Program-made: the position numbers and the translations under genes
Shown here: positions 34,081-42,294 of the stretch, one piece after another
Position numbering within the stretch: position 1 is the stretch's first letter
How the letters are laid out: each line of letters starts with the position of its first letter
The notes under the pieces: model-generated
The model's database searches: none
Seen by the model: the letters and a program-made list of their open reading frames with translations, nothing else
What the model was told of the DNA's origin: nothing
From: Betaproteobacteria bacterium
GTDB taxonomy: Bacteria > Pseudomonadota > Gammaproteobacteria > Burkholderiales > Casimicrobiaceae
Assembly (NCBI GenBank): GCA_031360485.1
Contig: JANMBN010000052.1
Span: 14,087 to 78,086, forward strand
Reading direction: 5' to 3'
DNA length: 64,000 nucleotides

Positions 34081-35142
34081 TCAGGATCCGCGGATGCGCT
34101 GGAGTTCCTTGGCCCGCGAAAAAGCGAGCGACTCGGCATGGCTCAATCCCGCCCGCAATCTGGCGATTTCCTCGTTGCGTTCCGCAATGGCGGCATCACG
34201 CTCGGCAACCAGCGCCTCCGCATGCGCGAGGCCCCGACTGAGCGTGTCGAGCTCCGATAGCCGCGCGCGGAGTCGGGCACGCTCTTCGGTCCGCTCCGCC
34301 AGCACATGTCCCGCCTCGTCGATCCCGCACTCGAAGCGCGCACGATCGACGGCGTCGCGCAGCGCGCCCGAGGGATCGCGGGCGATGAACTCGCGCACCT
34401 TTCGGAGGTAATCGGGGTGCGCCTCGAGCAGCTTCTTTTCCGCCGCCTGCGCCAGCGTATCGCGCTCGCCGGAAAAACTCACCGCCCCTTCGTGAAATAC
34501 TAGCACGTCACCCGCGAGCACACTTCGCCAGCCCTTTGCGGCGGCGCGCATGCAGAAGTCGTTCTCCTCGCCGTAACCTCGCCCGAAGCGGTCGGCGTCG
34601 AACAGTCCCAGCAGTTCGAGACACGCGCGCCGGATGTACATGCAAAAACCCACTGCCGTCGGCAAGTCCACGGTTCGTCCGGCGTTGGTCGTCGCGAACA
34701 GCCGGTCGAGCCCGGCCAAACCGAGCGTCCCGGGCAGTCCTCCGGACCATCCTTCGAACGGATACGAACAGATCGTTGCGTTGTTGGAAAAAGGTGTCGC
34801 GGTGCCGACGTCCGGCTGGGCATAGGCGCAGCGGCGCAGGCGATCCAGCCAGTCGTTAGCCACCTCGGTATCGCTGTTGAGCAGCACGACGTCACGGTCC
34901 GGGTGCAGCGACATGCCGCGGTTGACCGCACGGACGAACCCGAGATTTCTCGCGTTCGAAACGAGGGTGATTCGCCCCGAGTCGGCCAGCTGCTTCAGAT
35001 AACTCCCGATCTCTTGATCCGGACTCGCGTCGTCGACTGCCACGATTTCGAAGGGCGCGGCTTGAGGATGACCGAGCACGCTTTCGATGCAACGGCGCGT
35101 TTGGGGAAACCCCTTGTAGACGGGAATGATGACGTCTATCAC
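34081..35142 (-). CDS. family-2 glycosyltransferase with ~100-aa C-terminal coiled-coil tail
   Basis: VIIPVYKG...AVDDASPD...NARNLGFVRAVNRG...LLNSDT forms the GT-A core. The tail is rich in A/E/R/L heptad-like repeats (ERTEERARLRARLSELDTLSRGLAHAEALVAERDAAIAERNEEIARLRAGL). Confidence 0.8.
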   Translation of the reverse strand: MIDVIIPVYKGFPQTRRCIESVLGHPQAAPFEIVAVDDASPDQEIGSYLKQLADSGRITLVSNARNLGFVRAVNRGMSLHPDRDVVLLNSDTEVANDWLDRLRRCAYAQPDVGTATPFSNNATICSYPFEGWSGGLPGTLGLAGLDRLFATTNAGRTVDLPTAVGFCMYIRRACLELLGLFDADRFGRGYGEENDFCMRAAAKGWRSVLAGDVLVFHEGAVSFSGERDTLAQAAEKKLLEAHPDYLRKVREFIARDPSGALRDAVDRARFECGIDEAGHVLAERTEERARLRARLSELDTLSRGLAHAEALVAERDAAIAERNEEIARLRAGLSHAESLAFSRAKELQRIRGS

Positions 35143-35151
35143 AATCCGCCT

Positions 35152-36402
35152 CTAGCCTCGTGAACTCCGCAACCGCCTGGCGAATCCGCCCAGCCCCTCG
35201 TTTTTCAGCAAACCGCGCACCCTGGCCCGCAACGCCTTGCCGCCTCTTGGCGCCAGCAGCAGGAACAGGAGGCGGATCGTCACCGGAAAGGCAACGCGAG
35301 CGCGTGCGGCGGGCGGGGCCACCGTCCTGCATCCGCCGTCCGCGGAAAAGATTTCCGGGTACCGCAATCTTCCCTCCGAGTTGCACCAGCCGAGAAAGGT
35401 CGGGCCGTCCAGGCGGGCGTCGTATGGATCGGGAAATGCCCGCTGCAGATCGCGATGATCCCGATAGAACCATCGATAGCCCTTGTCGATCGGCTTTCCG
35501 TCCGAGAAGCGCCCGAAGGCCCACGGCCACTCGCTGATGGGATCCCGATCGGCGAGCGATATCTCGCGCTCGTACCACGAAATGAGTTGCTGCACGGCAG
35601 GGCTCTCGGAGGCGTTCTTGATCGCCATGATCCGATGGGCGCCGCTGTCGAATCCGGTGAAATGATAGAAACCCAGCGGCTCGCCATCGACGCGGAAGCC
35701 GGCCTCGAAATCGCCGGTGACGCGCCGCGTGGTCAGATTCCAGGTGGCGACGTTGTGGCGGGAAGACTTGACGATCGCCACTCCATCGAAAAATACGGGC
35801 GCGAAGTTCACCCATTTCTGGTCGGTGAATAGACCATTCTCGACCTCCGCCCGGCAAAGATGGTACGTTCGTTCCGCCCACCAGCTGGCGAAACGCCGTC
35901 CCTCGTCCGTGTTGCTGACGCCGATGAATCCGAGATTGAAGATCCCGTGCTTCAGGCTCGCGACCTCGTTGTCGAGGACGGCGTCGAGGGTCTCCTCGGG
36001 CTTGGTCTGATGCGGCGTCAGCGCCAGATTCGATGCAACGAGCGTGGCCAACAGGTCGTCGACCCGCGAAAATAGGACCATGTCCGGATCGAAATACAAG
36101 ACCGTTCCGCATTCCGGCAGGGTCAACAGGTGCTTGAGTGCGAAGGGCTTGATCCCCGTCGACAGCTCCACGATGCTGTGGGCGAAACTCCACGCCCTCC
36201 AATCAGGTATGCCGAGCTGCTCGATGCCCAGGATGAAATCGAAGGGCTCGTCTTCGGCGCGCAGCCACCGGGGGCGCTCGTCGGCCAGGACGAGATGAAT
36301 GACGGCCTCGGGATGATATCGCCTGATCGACTGGCAAAGGATCCGCACCTTCGGCAGGTAATTGACCGCGGCGCTCGTGAAAACGTGCAACGTGCCGGAC
36401 AT
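35152..36402 (-). CDS. putative nucleotide-diphospho-sugar transferase (GT8-like)
   Basis: From the MSGTLHVFTSAAVNYLPKVRIL start. YFDPDMVLF is a DxD-like motif. Embedded among glycosyltransferases. Family assignment is tentative. Confidence 0.5.
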   Translation of the reverse strand: MSGTLHVFTSAAVNYLPKVRILCQSIRRYHPEAVIHLVLADERPRWLRAEDEPFDFILGIEQLGIPDWRAWSFAHSIVELSTGIKPFALKHLLTLPECGTVLYFDPDMVLFSRVDDLLATLVASNLALTPHQTKPEETLDAVLDNEVASLKHGIFNLGFIGVSNTDEGRRFASWWAERTYHLCRAEVENGLFTDQKWVNFAPVFFDGVAIVKSSRHNVATWNLTTRRVTGDFEAGFRVDGEPLGFYHFTGFDSGAHRIMAIKNASESPAVQQLISWYEREISLADRDPISEWPWAFGRFSDGKPIDKGYRWFYRDHRDLQRAFPDPYDARLDGPTFLGWCNSEGRLRYPEIFSADGGCRTVAPPAARARVAFPVTIRLLFLLLAPRGGKALRARVRGLLKNEGLGGFARRLRSSRG

Positions 36403-36434
36403 GTGGAATCTTCCGCGAGAGGAGCGCGGCCATT

Positions 36435-38060
36435 CTACGCCCGGGTGACTTCCGTCGCCGCGAGCTGCTCGTGAAACGCGATCAGGGTGGCCAACGCCGA
36501 TCGGGCATTCACTTCGCCGCAGAGTCTCGCGTTGCCGTAACGGCGCAATCGTTCGCCCGGAGCGCCCAGGTCGAACGCGACGATCGGCAGGTCCAGCAGG
36601 ATCATCTCCTCGGTAACATAGGAAAAGGTTTCCGGGCAGATGGACGGGAACAGGCACATGTTGATCCCGTTGGCCTCGATCAGCTCGACCAGGTCTTCAT
36701 GCCGGTAGGTGCCGATCACCCGCAGCCGTTCCGACTTGACCGCGATATCCAGCGTGCCGATGACGACCACTCTCGCATCCGAATGGTCCCGGTCCATCCG
36801 GGCAAGCATCTCCTTGACGATCATCGCCCCCTTTTGCACGCTGATGTGCCCGATGATGCCGATCACCAGCGGGGCCGCGTGATCGAGCCGCGGCAGCCGG
36901 ACAGGCAGGTAGTCCACCCGATGCGCAATGACGCTGATGCGCTCGGCATCGAGGCCCGGGTAGGCGCGCAGCAGCAACTGCCGCGTCGACGTCGAAAAAC
37001 AGCGCACTTCATCGGCGGCGCGCAGACAGCGTCCCCACAGCGCGCGCCACGGCCCGATTTCGGTCGGGGGCGACAGCGCGACGTACCGCGCCTGATGACG
37101 CTTGAGGCACGCCGCGCACACGCTGACTTCGGGGATGCCGCAGTAGTGCCCGTCGGCATTCAACAGCACGAACGACGGACAGACCGAAAAATAGTCATGC
37201 ACGGCGACCGTCAGGCGCGCATTCGGATTCGCCGCGCGCATCGTGCTGATCCAGTCGGCAAAGTGCAGCGGTTCGTCGAACGAGACCGGGCTGTTCACGA
37301 ACAGTTCTTCGACGCGCGATTCGCTCAAGATCCGCTCGAGGCCCACGAACGACGAAATCCGGTAAACCTCCTCGTCGCCGCCCGGCCGGAAGACGTGCAG
37401 CCGATAGTCGAGCGTCGGCAGGTTGTACGTGCACAGCAGGACCGTCAGCCCGCCGGCGACGCGTTCGTCGATCAGGGCGCGGCGATACTGGTTCGCGCCG
37501 CCGCCCAGGTTGTGGTCGAAAACGACGGAGATCGCACGCCCTTCGTCGAGGCGCGGCAGCAGCCGCTGGACGATGTTGAGATCATCGAGCGACGGGGCTG
37601 AGTAGTTCTGCGCGCTCGCCCGGCTCAGGATGCCCCGGAAGTCGCGCCGTTTCAGCCGCCGCCACACCGCGCGCAGGAGCCAGAGCAGCTCGCGCAGTTT
37701 GCGCTGGCTGCCGTGCCGCGATTCCACGACGTGCGTGATATCGAGGTCCTTCGTCCCGCCGTCGTCGTAACGCAGCTGCAGGATCATCGTCCGCGCGGGC
37801 GCCCGGGGCATGTAGCCCGTCACCACGAAGCCCGAGGAGCCCGCGTTGTGCAGTCGGGGAAAGGCGCTTTCGACGTCGCTGCGGGCGAGGCCGAAGTTGA
37901 CCGGCAGGCTCTTCTCCCAGTCGTCACCCTTGAGCAGCAGCGTGACTTCGTCGATGGCGTGCGCAGGATGGGCGGCCCAACCCCAGCCGAAAATTCGCTT
38001 CCCGTTGGTCACCAGGCGATCGATGCCGAATTGGAGTTCTCGCTGCGCGTTCTCGTTCAT
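36435..38060 (-). CDS. glycosyltransferase (GT-B, family 1/4-like C-terminal half) with novel N-terminal domain
   Basis: C-terminal E-x7-E motif region (FPSICPETFSYVTEEMILLDLPIVAFDLGAPGERL). The N-terminal ~150 aa (FGWGWAAHPAHAIDEVTLLLKGDDW) were not recognised. Confidence 0.65.
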   Translation of the reverse strand: MNENAQRELQFGIDRLVTNGKRIFGWGWAAHPAHAIDEVTLLLKGDDWEKSLPVNFGLARSDVESAFPRLHNAGSSGFVVTGYMPRAPARTMILQLRYDDGGTKDLDITHVVESRHGSQRKLRELLWLLRAVWRRLKRRDFRGILSRASAQNYSAPSLDDLNIVQRLLPRLDEGRAISVVFDHNLGGGANQYRRALIDERVAGGLTVLLCTYNLPTLDYRLHVFRPGGDEEVYRISSFVGLERILSESRVEELFVNSPVSFDEPLHFADWISTMRAANPNARLTVAVHDYFSVCPSFVLLNADGHYCGIPEVSVCAACLKRHQARYVALSPPTEIGPWRALWGRCLRAADEVRCFSTSTRQLLLRAYPGLDAERISVIAHRVDYLPVRLPRLDHAAPLVIGIIGHISVQKGAMIVKEMLARMDRDHSDARVVVIGTLDIAVKSERLRVIGTYRHEDLVELIEANGINMCLFPSICPETFSYVTEEMILLDLPIVAFDLGAPGERLRRYGNARLCGEVNARSALATLIAFHEQLAATEVTRA

Positions 38061-38481
38061 CGGGGAATCGGGATCGGGAACCTCGGAGGGCCCCGTCGTT
38101 CTGCGACGCGGACGGGATCCGTCGGCACGGGGAAAACGCTCCGGGAAGCTCTCGGTGCGCGGGCAGGGCGCCCCCCGGTGTTGCGCGGGATCGCCATTTT
38201 AGCGGAAGCGCTCGGCGGGGGCCACGGGCGCCACGCACCGCCGCGAATCGCTGGATGCTCCGCCGCGCCCGCGGGCGGCGCCCGGGCATGCGCCGTCACC
38301 CGGGGTTTGGGCCCTCCCCCGTCGCGTAGAATTACGGATTCAGCCATCTGTCCTGCTTCGAGCATCGAGCAGGCATCGACGCGATGTCCCGCCCCGCCGC
38401 TGACCCCTTCCTCCTCTCCGCGCAGTCACGACCCGGCCTTGCCGCGGGTCGTGCTGCCCGTTCGTTTCGCGCAACGGAAAC

Positions 38482-39501
38482 ATGAGCAACGAACTTGTTT
38501 TCACCGGTGAGCGTTTCGTTCCCGGCGCCGCGGGCGAGATCTGGCACGAGCACTGGCACCGTTATCACTTCGCCGCCGGGTTCGTCGCGGGCCTCGAAGT
38601 CCTCGACGTCGCGTGCGGCGAAGGCTACGGCAGCGCGCTCCTCGCCCGCCACGCCGCGCGGGTGACCGGCGCCGACGTCGCACCCTCGGCCGTCGACCAT
38701 GCGCGGGCGCGCTACGCGGCGATCGCAAATCTCGGTTTCCTGCAGGCGGACTGCACGGCATTGCCGTTTCCCGACGCCTCGTTCGACGCGGTGGTCTCGT
38801 TCGAGACGATCGAGCACATCGCTGCGCAGGAACCGTTCCTCGACGAGATTCGCCGCGTGCTGCGCCCGGGCGGTCTGTTGCTGCTGTCGTGTCCCAACAA
38901 GACCGAGTACACCGATCGTCGTGGCGTGATCAACGACTTCCACGTCAAGGAACTCTATCGCGACGAGCTCGCCGCGATCATCGCGCCGCGTTTCGAGCAC
39001 GCCGCGTGGTATGGCCAGCGACCGAGCTTCTACTCGGTCGTGTGGCCGGAGCACGGCGAGGCGCGCGGCGAGATCTTCGAGGTCTCCGAAGCAAACCCGG
39101 AGGCGCCGCTGCCGGGTCACGCCCGCCCGCTCTACTTTATCGTCGCCGCGAGCGCTTCCGCCGATCGTCTGGCCCGCGCCGTCCCTCGGTTGTCGGTGCT
39201 CGCCGATCGGGACGAATGGGTCCACAACGACTACGAGAAGGTGATGCTCGACCTGGACGCCATGCACCGCCGCGCCAACGCGCTCGCCATGGAGGTGACC
39301 CTTTGGGGGCACCGTCACGCCGAAGCCGTCCGGGAGCGCGACACGCAGCGTGCGGCCGACGCCGACGAGCGATCGCGCCTCGTCACGCAGATCGAGATCC
39401 AGCAACACGAGATCGCGCGCCGCGCGAGCGTCCGCTGGTGGCTGGCGCTCCCCCTGCGCAGGGTCTGGCTCGCGTTCACCGGAAGGCCGCCCGCCGCGTA
39501 G
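38482..39501 (+). CDS. class I SAM-dependent methyltransferase with C-terminal coiled-coil/TM tail
   Basis: Motif I VLDVACGEGYG, then FDAVVSFETIEHI and LRPGGLLLLSCPN. C-terminal helical segment and a hydrophobic end (WWLALPLRRVWLAF). Confidence 0.75.
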   Translation: MSNELVFTGERFVPGAAGEIWHEHWHRYHFAAGFVAGLEVLDVACGEGYGSALLARHAARVTGADVAPSAVDHARARYAAIANLGFLQADCTALPFPDASFDAVVSFETIEHIAAQEPFLDEIRRVLRPGGLLLLSCPNKTEYTDRRGVINDFHVKELYRDELAAIIAPRFEHAAWYGQRPSFYSVVWPEHGEARGEIFEVSEANPEAPLPGHARPLYFIVAASASADRLARAVPRLSVLADRDEWVHNDYEKVMLDLDAMHRRANALAMEVTLWGHRHAEAVRERDTQRAADADERSRLVTQIEIQQHEIARRASVRWWLALPLRRVWLAFTGRPPAA

Positions 39502-39535
39502 CGCCGGACGAAGCCCCGCACGACGCGGGCCGCGT

Positions 39536-40393
39536 TCAATCGAGCGTGAGGATGACCGGTTGGTGATCGGCCGCCTGCGTGGCGCTGTCGACACGCACAC
39601 TCGCGATGCGCGGCGCGAGGTCCGCGTTCACGAAGATGAAGTCGCAGCGCAGCTCCGGCTGGCCCGGGAAATCCTTTTCGTACAGCTTGAACGTGCCGGG
39701 ATGCGGGATGCCCGGATGCGATGCCTCCCAGGCGTCGACGAGCAAAGGCGTGCCGTCGGGGAATGCGCTCAGCATGCGCGCGTGAAGCGGATCGTCGGGC
39801 TCGAAGTTGAAGTCGCCGGTCACGATCGTTGCGGACGGACGCGGGTAGGTATGGAACGGGCCGCCGCTCACATCGACGACGAAGCCCGATCGCGCGTGCC
39901 CGTGGCCCTCGGCGTAGATCGCGCGCAGCGCATCGACCTGGGCGCGGCGCTGCATGTTCGAGTAGTACTCGAGATGCGTCGTGATCACGCGCACCTCGCC
40001 GAAAGGCGCCCTGACCACCGCCTCGGCCGCGATCCGCGGCATCCCGTTGAGGCCGGGATCCACGGGAGACGGCAGAAGGTGCCGATAGGCCTGAAGCACC
40101 GGCAACCGCGACAGGATCATGTTGCCGAATTTCCGCCGGCGGCCGCCGTCTCCCGGATGGTCGACCGCGACGCCGGCCACGGCGGTGAAATCCGGCAACA
40201 GCGCCGCGAGCACCGCGAACTGGTCCTCGCCGGCGCTTCCGGCAAGCCGCGGGTCCGCAAAGTTGTCGGCGATCTCCTGCACGCACAGCACGTCGAAGTC
40301 GGCGAGCGCCCTCGCCTCGGCAACGATCCGCGGGGGATCGACACGTCCGTCGACGCCGCGGCACCATTGCACGTTCCAGGTGATGAGCTTCAA
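39536..40393 (-). CDS. endonuclease/exonuclease/phosphatase (EEP) family phosphoesterase
   Basis: (TTG)KLITWNVQW..., VLCVQE, ITTHLEY, IVTGDFNF and a C-terminal SDH-type ending (AADHQPVILTLD). The TTG start overlaps the permease stop (TTGA). Confidence 0.75.
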   Translation of the reverse strand: MKLITWNVQWCRGVDGRVDPPRIVAEARALADFDVLCVQEIADNFADPRLAGSAGEDQFAVLAALLPDFTAVAGVAVDHPGDGGRRRKFGNMILSRLPVLQAYRHLLPSPVDPGLNGMPRIAAEAVVRAPFGEVRVITTHLEYYSNMQRRAQVDALRAIYAEGHGHARSGFVVDVSGGPFHTYPRPSATIVTGDFNFEPDDPLHARMLSAFPDGTPLLVDAWEASHPGIPHPGTFKLYEKDFPGQPELRCDFIFVNADLAPRIASVRVDSATQAADHQPVILTLD

Positions 40394-41217
40394 CGTATCC
40401 CCGCCCTCATGAAGCTTTGCACGAATTGCCGCTGGAACAGCAGGAACGCGATCAGCAGCGGCGCCGTCGTCAGCAAGGTCGCCGCCGTGATGATCGACCA
40501 GTCGATGCCCTGGTCGCCCGACGAGAACACCTGCAGCCCGACCGTGAGCGGCCGCGATTCCACCGAATTGGTGATGATGAGGGGCCAGAGGAAATTGTTC
40601 CAGTGGTAGCTCACGCTCACCAGCGCGTAGGCGAGGTAGACGGGCCGGGCGAGCGGCACGTAGACCTTCCACAGCAGCGCGAGCGGTCCGCAGCCCTCGA
40701 CCCGTGCGGCCTCGTCGAGCTCGCGCGGCACCGTCTTGAACGTCTGCCGCAGCAGGAAGATCCCGAACGCGCTCGCCATGTAGGGAAGGCCCATGGCGAC
40801 GATCGTGTCCTTGAGGCCAAGCAAGGTCATCGTCCGGTAGTTCTCGACGATCAGCACGTCCGGCATCACCATCAGCTGGACCAGCACCAGCGCGAACAGG
40901 ACGTTCCGCCCCGGAAACTCGAACCGTGCAAACGCGTACGCGGCGAGCGTCACCAGAACGAGCTGTGCGCCCAGCACCAGCGCGACGAGCGCTACGGTAT
41001 TCACGTAGTAGCGCGCGAAGGGAGCGGCCTGCCACGCCTTCTCGAAATTCTCCAGCGTCAGCGGCGCGGCCAGAACGAACCGGGTCGAGAACTCCGCGGG
41101 ATGGAAGGCCGTCCAGGCGGCGTAGGCGAGCGGCAGAATCCAGAGGACGCCGAGCAGCCACGCCCCGGCCGTCTCCAGCACGCGCGGGAAGCCGCGCATC
41201 GCGTAGACGTGCGTCAC
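40390..41217 (-). CDS. ABC transporter permease (CUT1 family, UgpE-like)
   Basis: EAA loop (LDEAARVEGCGPLALLWKVYVPLARP) and six TM helices. GTG start overlaps the upstream stop (GTGA). Confidence 0.85.
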   Translation of the reverse strand: MTHVYAMRGFPRVLETAGAWLLGVLWILPLAYAAWTAFHPAEFSTRFVLAAPLTLENFEKAWQAAPFARYYVNTVALVALVLGAQLVLVTLAAYAFARFEFPGRNVLFALVLVQLMVMPDVLIVENYRTMTLLGLKDTIVAMGLPYMASAFGIFLLRQTFKTVPRELDEAARVEGCGPLALLWKVYVPLARPVYLAYALVSVSYHWNNFLWPLIITNSVESRPLTVGLQVFSSGDQGIDWSIITAATLLTTAPLLIAFLLFQRQFVQSFMRAGIR

Positions 41218-42089
41218 TGGTAGTGGACCTTCCGCTCGAGGAACCAGAACTGGGCCAGCGCGACGGTTGCGAGCAGCGCCAAGAGCACCATCGTGAGCGC
41301 CGCGGCGTACGCGGAATCCCAGAAGCGGAAGCCGATCTCGTAGACGTAATAGAGCAGGAGCGACGTGGCGTTGTCGGGGCCGCCGCGCGTCATCACGACG
41401 ATGTGGTCGACGAGGCGGAACGCGTTGATCACCGCGTTGACCAGCACGAACAGCGTCGTCGGCATCAGCAGCGGAAAGGTGACACGCCGGAAGAAGTAGC
41501 CCCGCGACGCACCCTCGATCGCCGCCGCCTCGGCGAGATGCGGCGACATCGACTGCAGCGCCGCGAGGTAGAAGATCATGAAGAAGCCCGCCTCCTTCCA
41601 CACGGTGACGACCATCAGGCACGCGAGCGCCGTGCTCTTGCTGCCGAGCCAGTTGTGCGTGGCGGCGCCGAATGCCGAGAGGAACCTCTCCAAAAGTCCG
41701 TATTCCGGCGTGTAGAAGAAGAGCCAGATGTTCGCCACCGCGATCATCGGCAGCACGGTCGGCGTGAAGTATGCGAGCCGCAGGAACCCGCGCCCGGCGA
41801 GCTTGCCGTTGACCCAGACCGCCATCAGCAGCGCGAGCGCGATCGAGGCGGGGATCGTCCCGAGCGCAAACCACAGATTGTTGGCGAGCGCCTGCCAGAA
41901 GATCGGGTCGTCGGCGAGCTGCCGGTAGTTGTCGAGGCCGACCCAGACCGCCGAGCGGTCCCCCTTGGGCGTGGAGAGAAAGCTGTGCCAGAGCGTCGCG
42001 ATCGCAGGGTAGTGCGTGAAGAGCGCAAGCAGCGCCGCCGCCGGCAGCAGCAGCATCCAGCCGTAGAGCCATTGCGCGCCGCGCGTCAT
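41214..42089 (-). CDS. ABC transporter permease (CUT1 family, UgpA-like)
   Basis: EAA loop (LAEAAAIEGASRGYFFRRVTFPLLMP). 291 aa. Confidence 0.85.
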   Translation of the reverse strand: MTRGAQWLYGWMLLLPAAALLALFTHYPAIATLWHSFLSTPKGDRSAVWVGLDNYRQLADDPIFWQALANNLWFALGTIPASIALALLMAVWVNGKLAGRGFLRLAYFTPTVLPMIAVANIWLFFYTPEYGLLERFLSAFGAATHNWLGSKSTALACLMVVTVWKEAGFFMIFYLAALQSMSPHLAEAAAIEGASRGYFFRRVTFPLLMPTTLFVLVNAVINAFRLVDHIVVMTRGGPDNATSLLLYYVYEIGFRFWDSAYAAALTMVLLALLATVALAQFWFLERKVHYQ

Positions 42090-42090
42090 C

Positions 42091-42222
42091 CGGTCGTGGG
42101 GCCGCCGGTCGTGGGGCCGCCGTTCGCGGGGCCGCCGGTCGTGGGGCCGCCGGTCGTGGGGCCGCCGGTCGTGGGGCCGCCGTTCGTGGGGCCGCCGTTC
42201 GTGGGGCCGTTCGTGGGGCCGC
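42091..42222. repeat. tandem array of nine 15-bp units (one of 12 bp): CGGTCGTGGGGCCGC
   Basis: Units counted directly. Variants are CGTTCGCGGGGCCGC and CGTTCGTGGGGCCGC. The last unit merges into the head of REP copy B. The array abuts the ugpA-like start codon. Confidence 0.9.
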
Positions 42223-42278
42223 CTTCAGGCGGCTTGCTACCGGCCGCCTTTCCGTATCCGGCTGAAGCCGGACCCGCG
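42212..42278. repeat. REP/MITE-like palindromic element, copy B (67 bp)
   Basis: CGTGGGGCCGCCTTCAGGCGGC...N23...CCGGCTGAAGCCGGACCCGCG. Same termini and length as copy A. Confidence 0.75.
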
Positions 42279-42294
42279 ACGGATGCGGGCGCCC

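Noticed and set aside
38057-38365. ORFs of 102-121 aa inside the long glycosyltransferase-cluster intergenic region
   Set aside because: They are Arg/Pro/Gly-rich low-complexity translations that overlap one another in different frames. None has an RBS or a motif.
42091-42222. CRISPR array
   Set aside because: The 15-bp units are directly tandem, with no unique spacers between them. This is a microsatellite-like expansion of the REP head.
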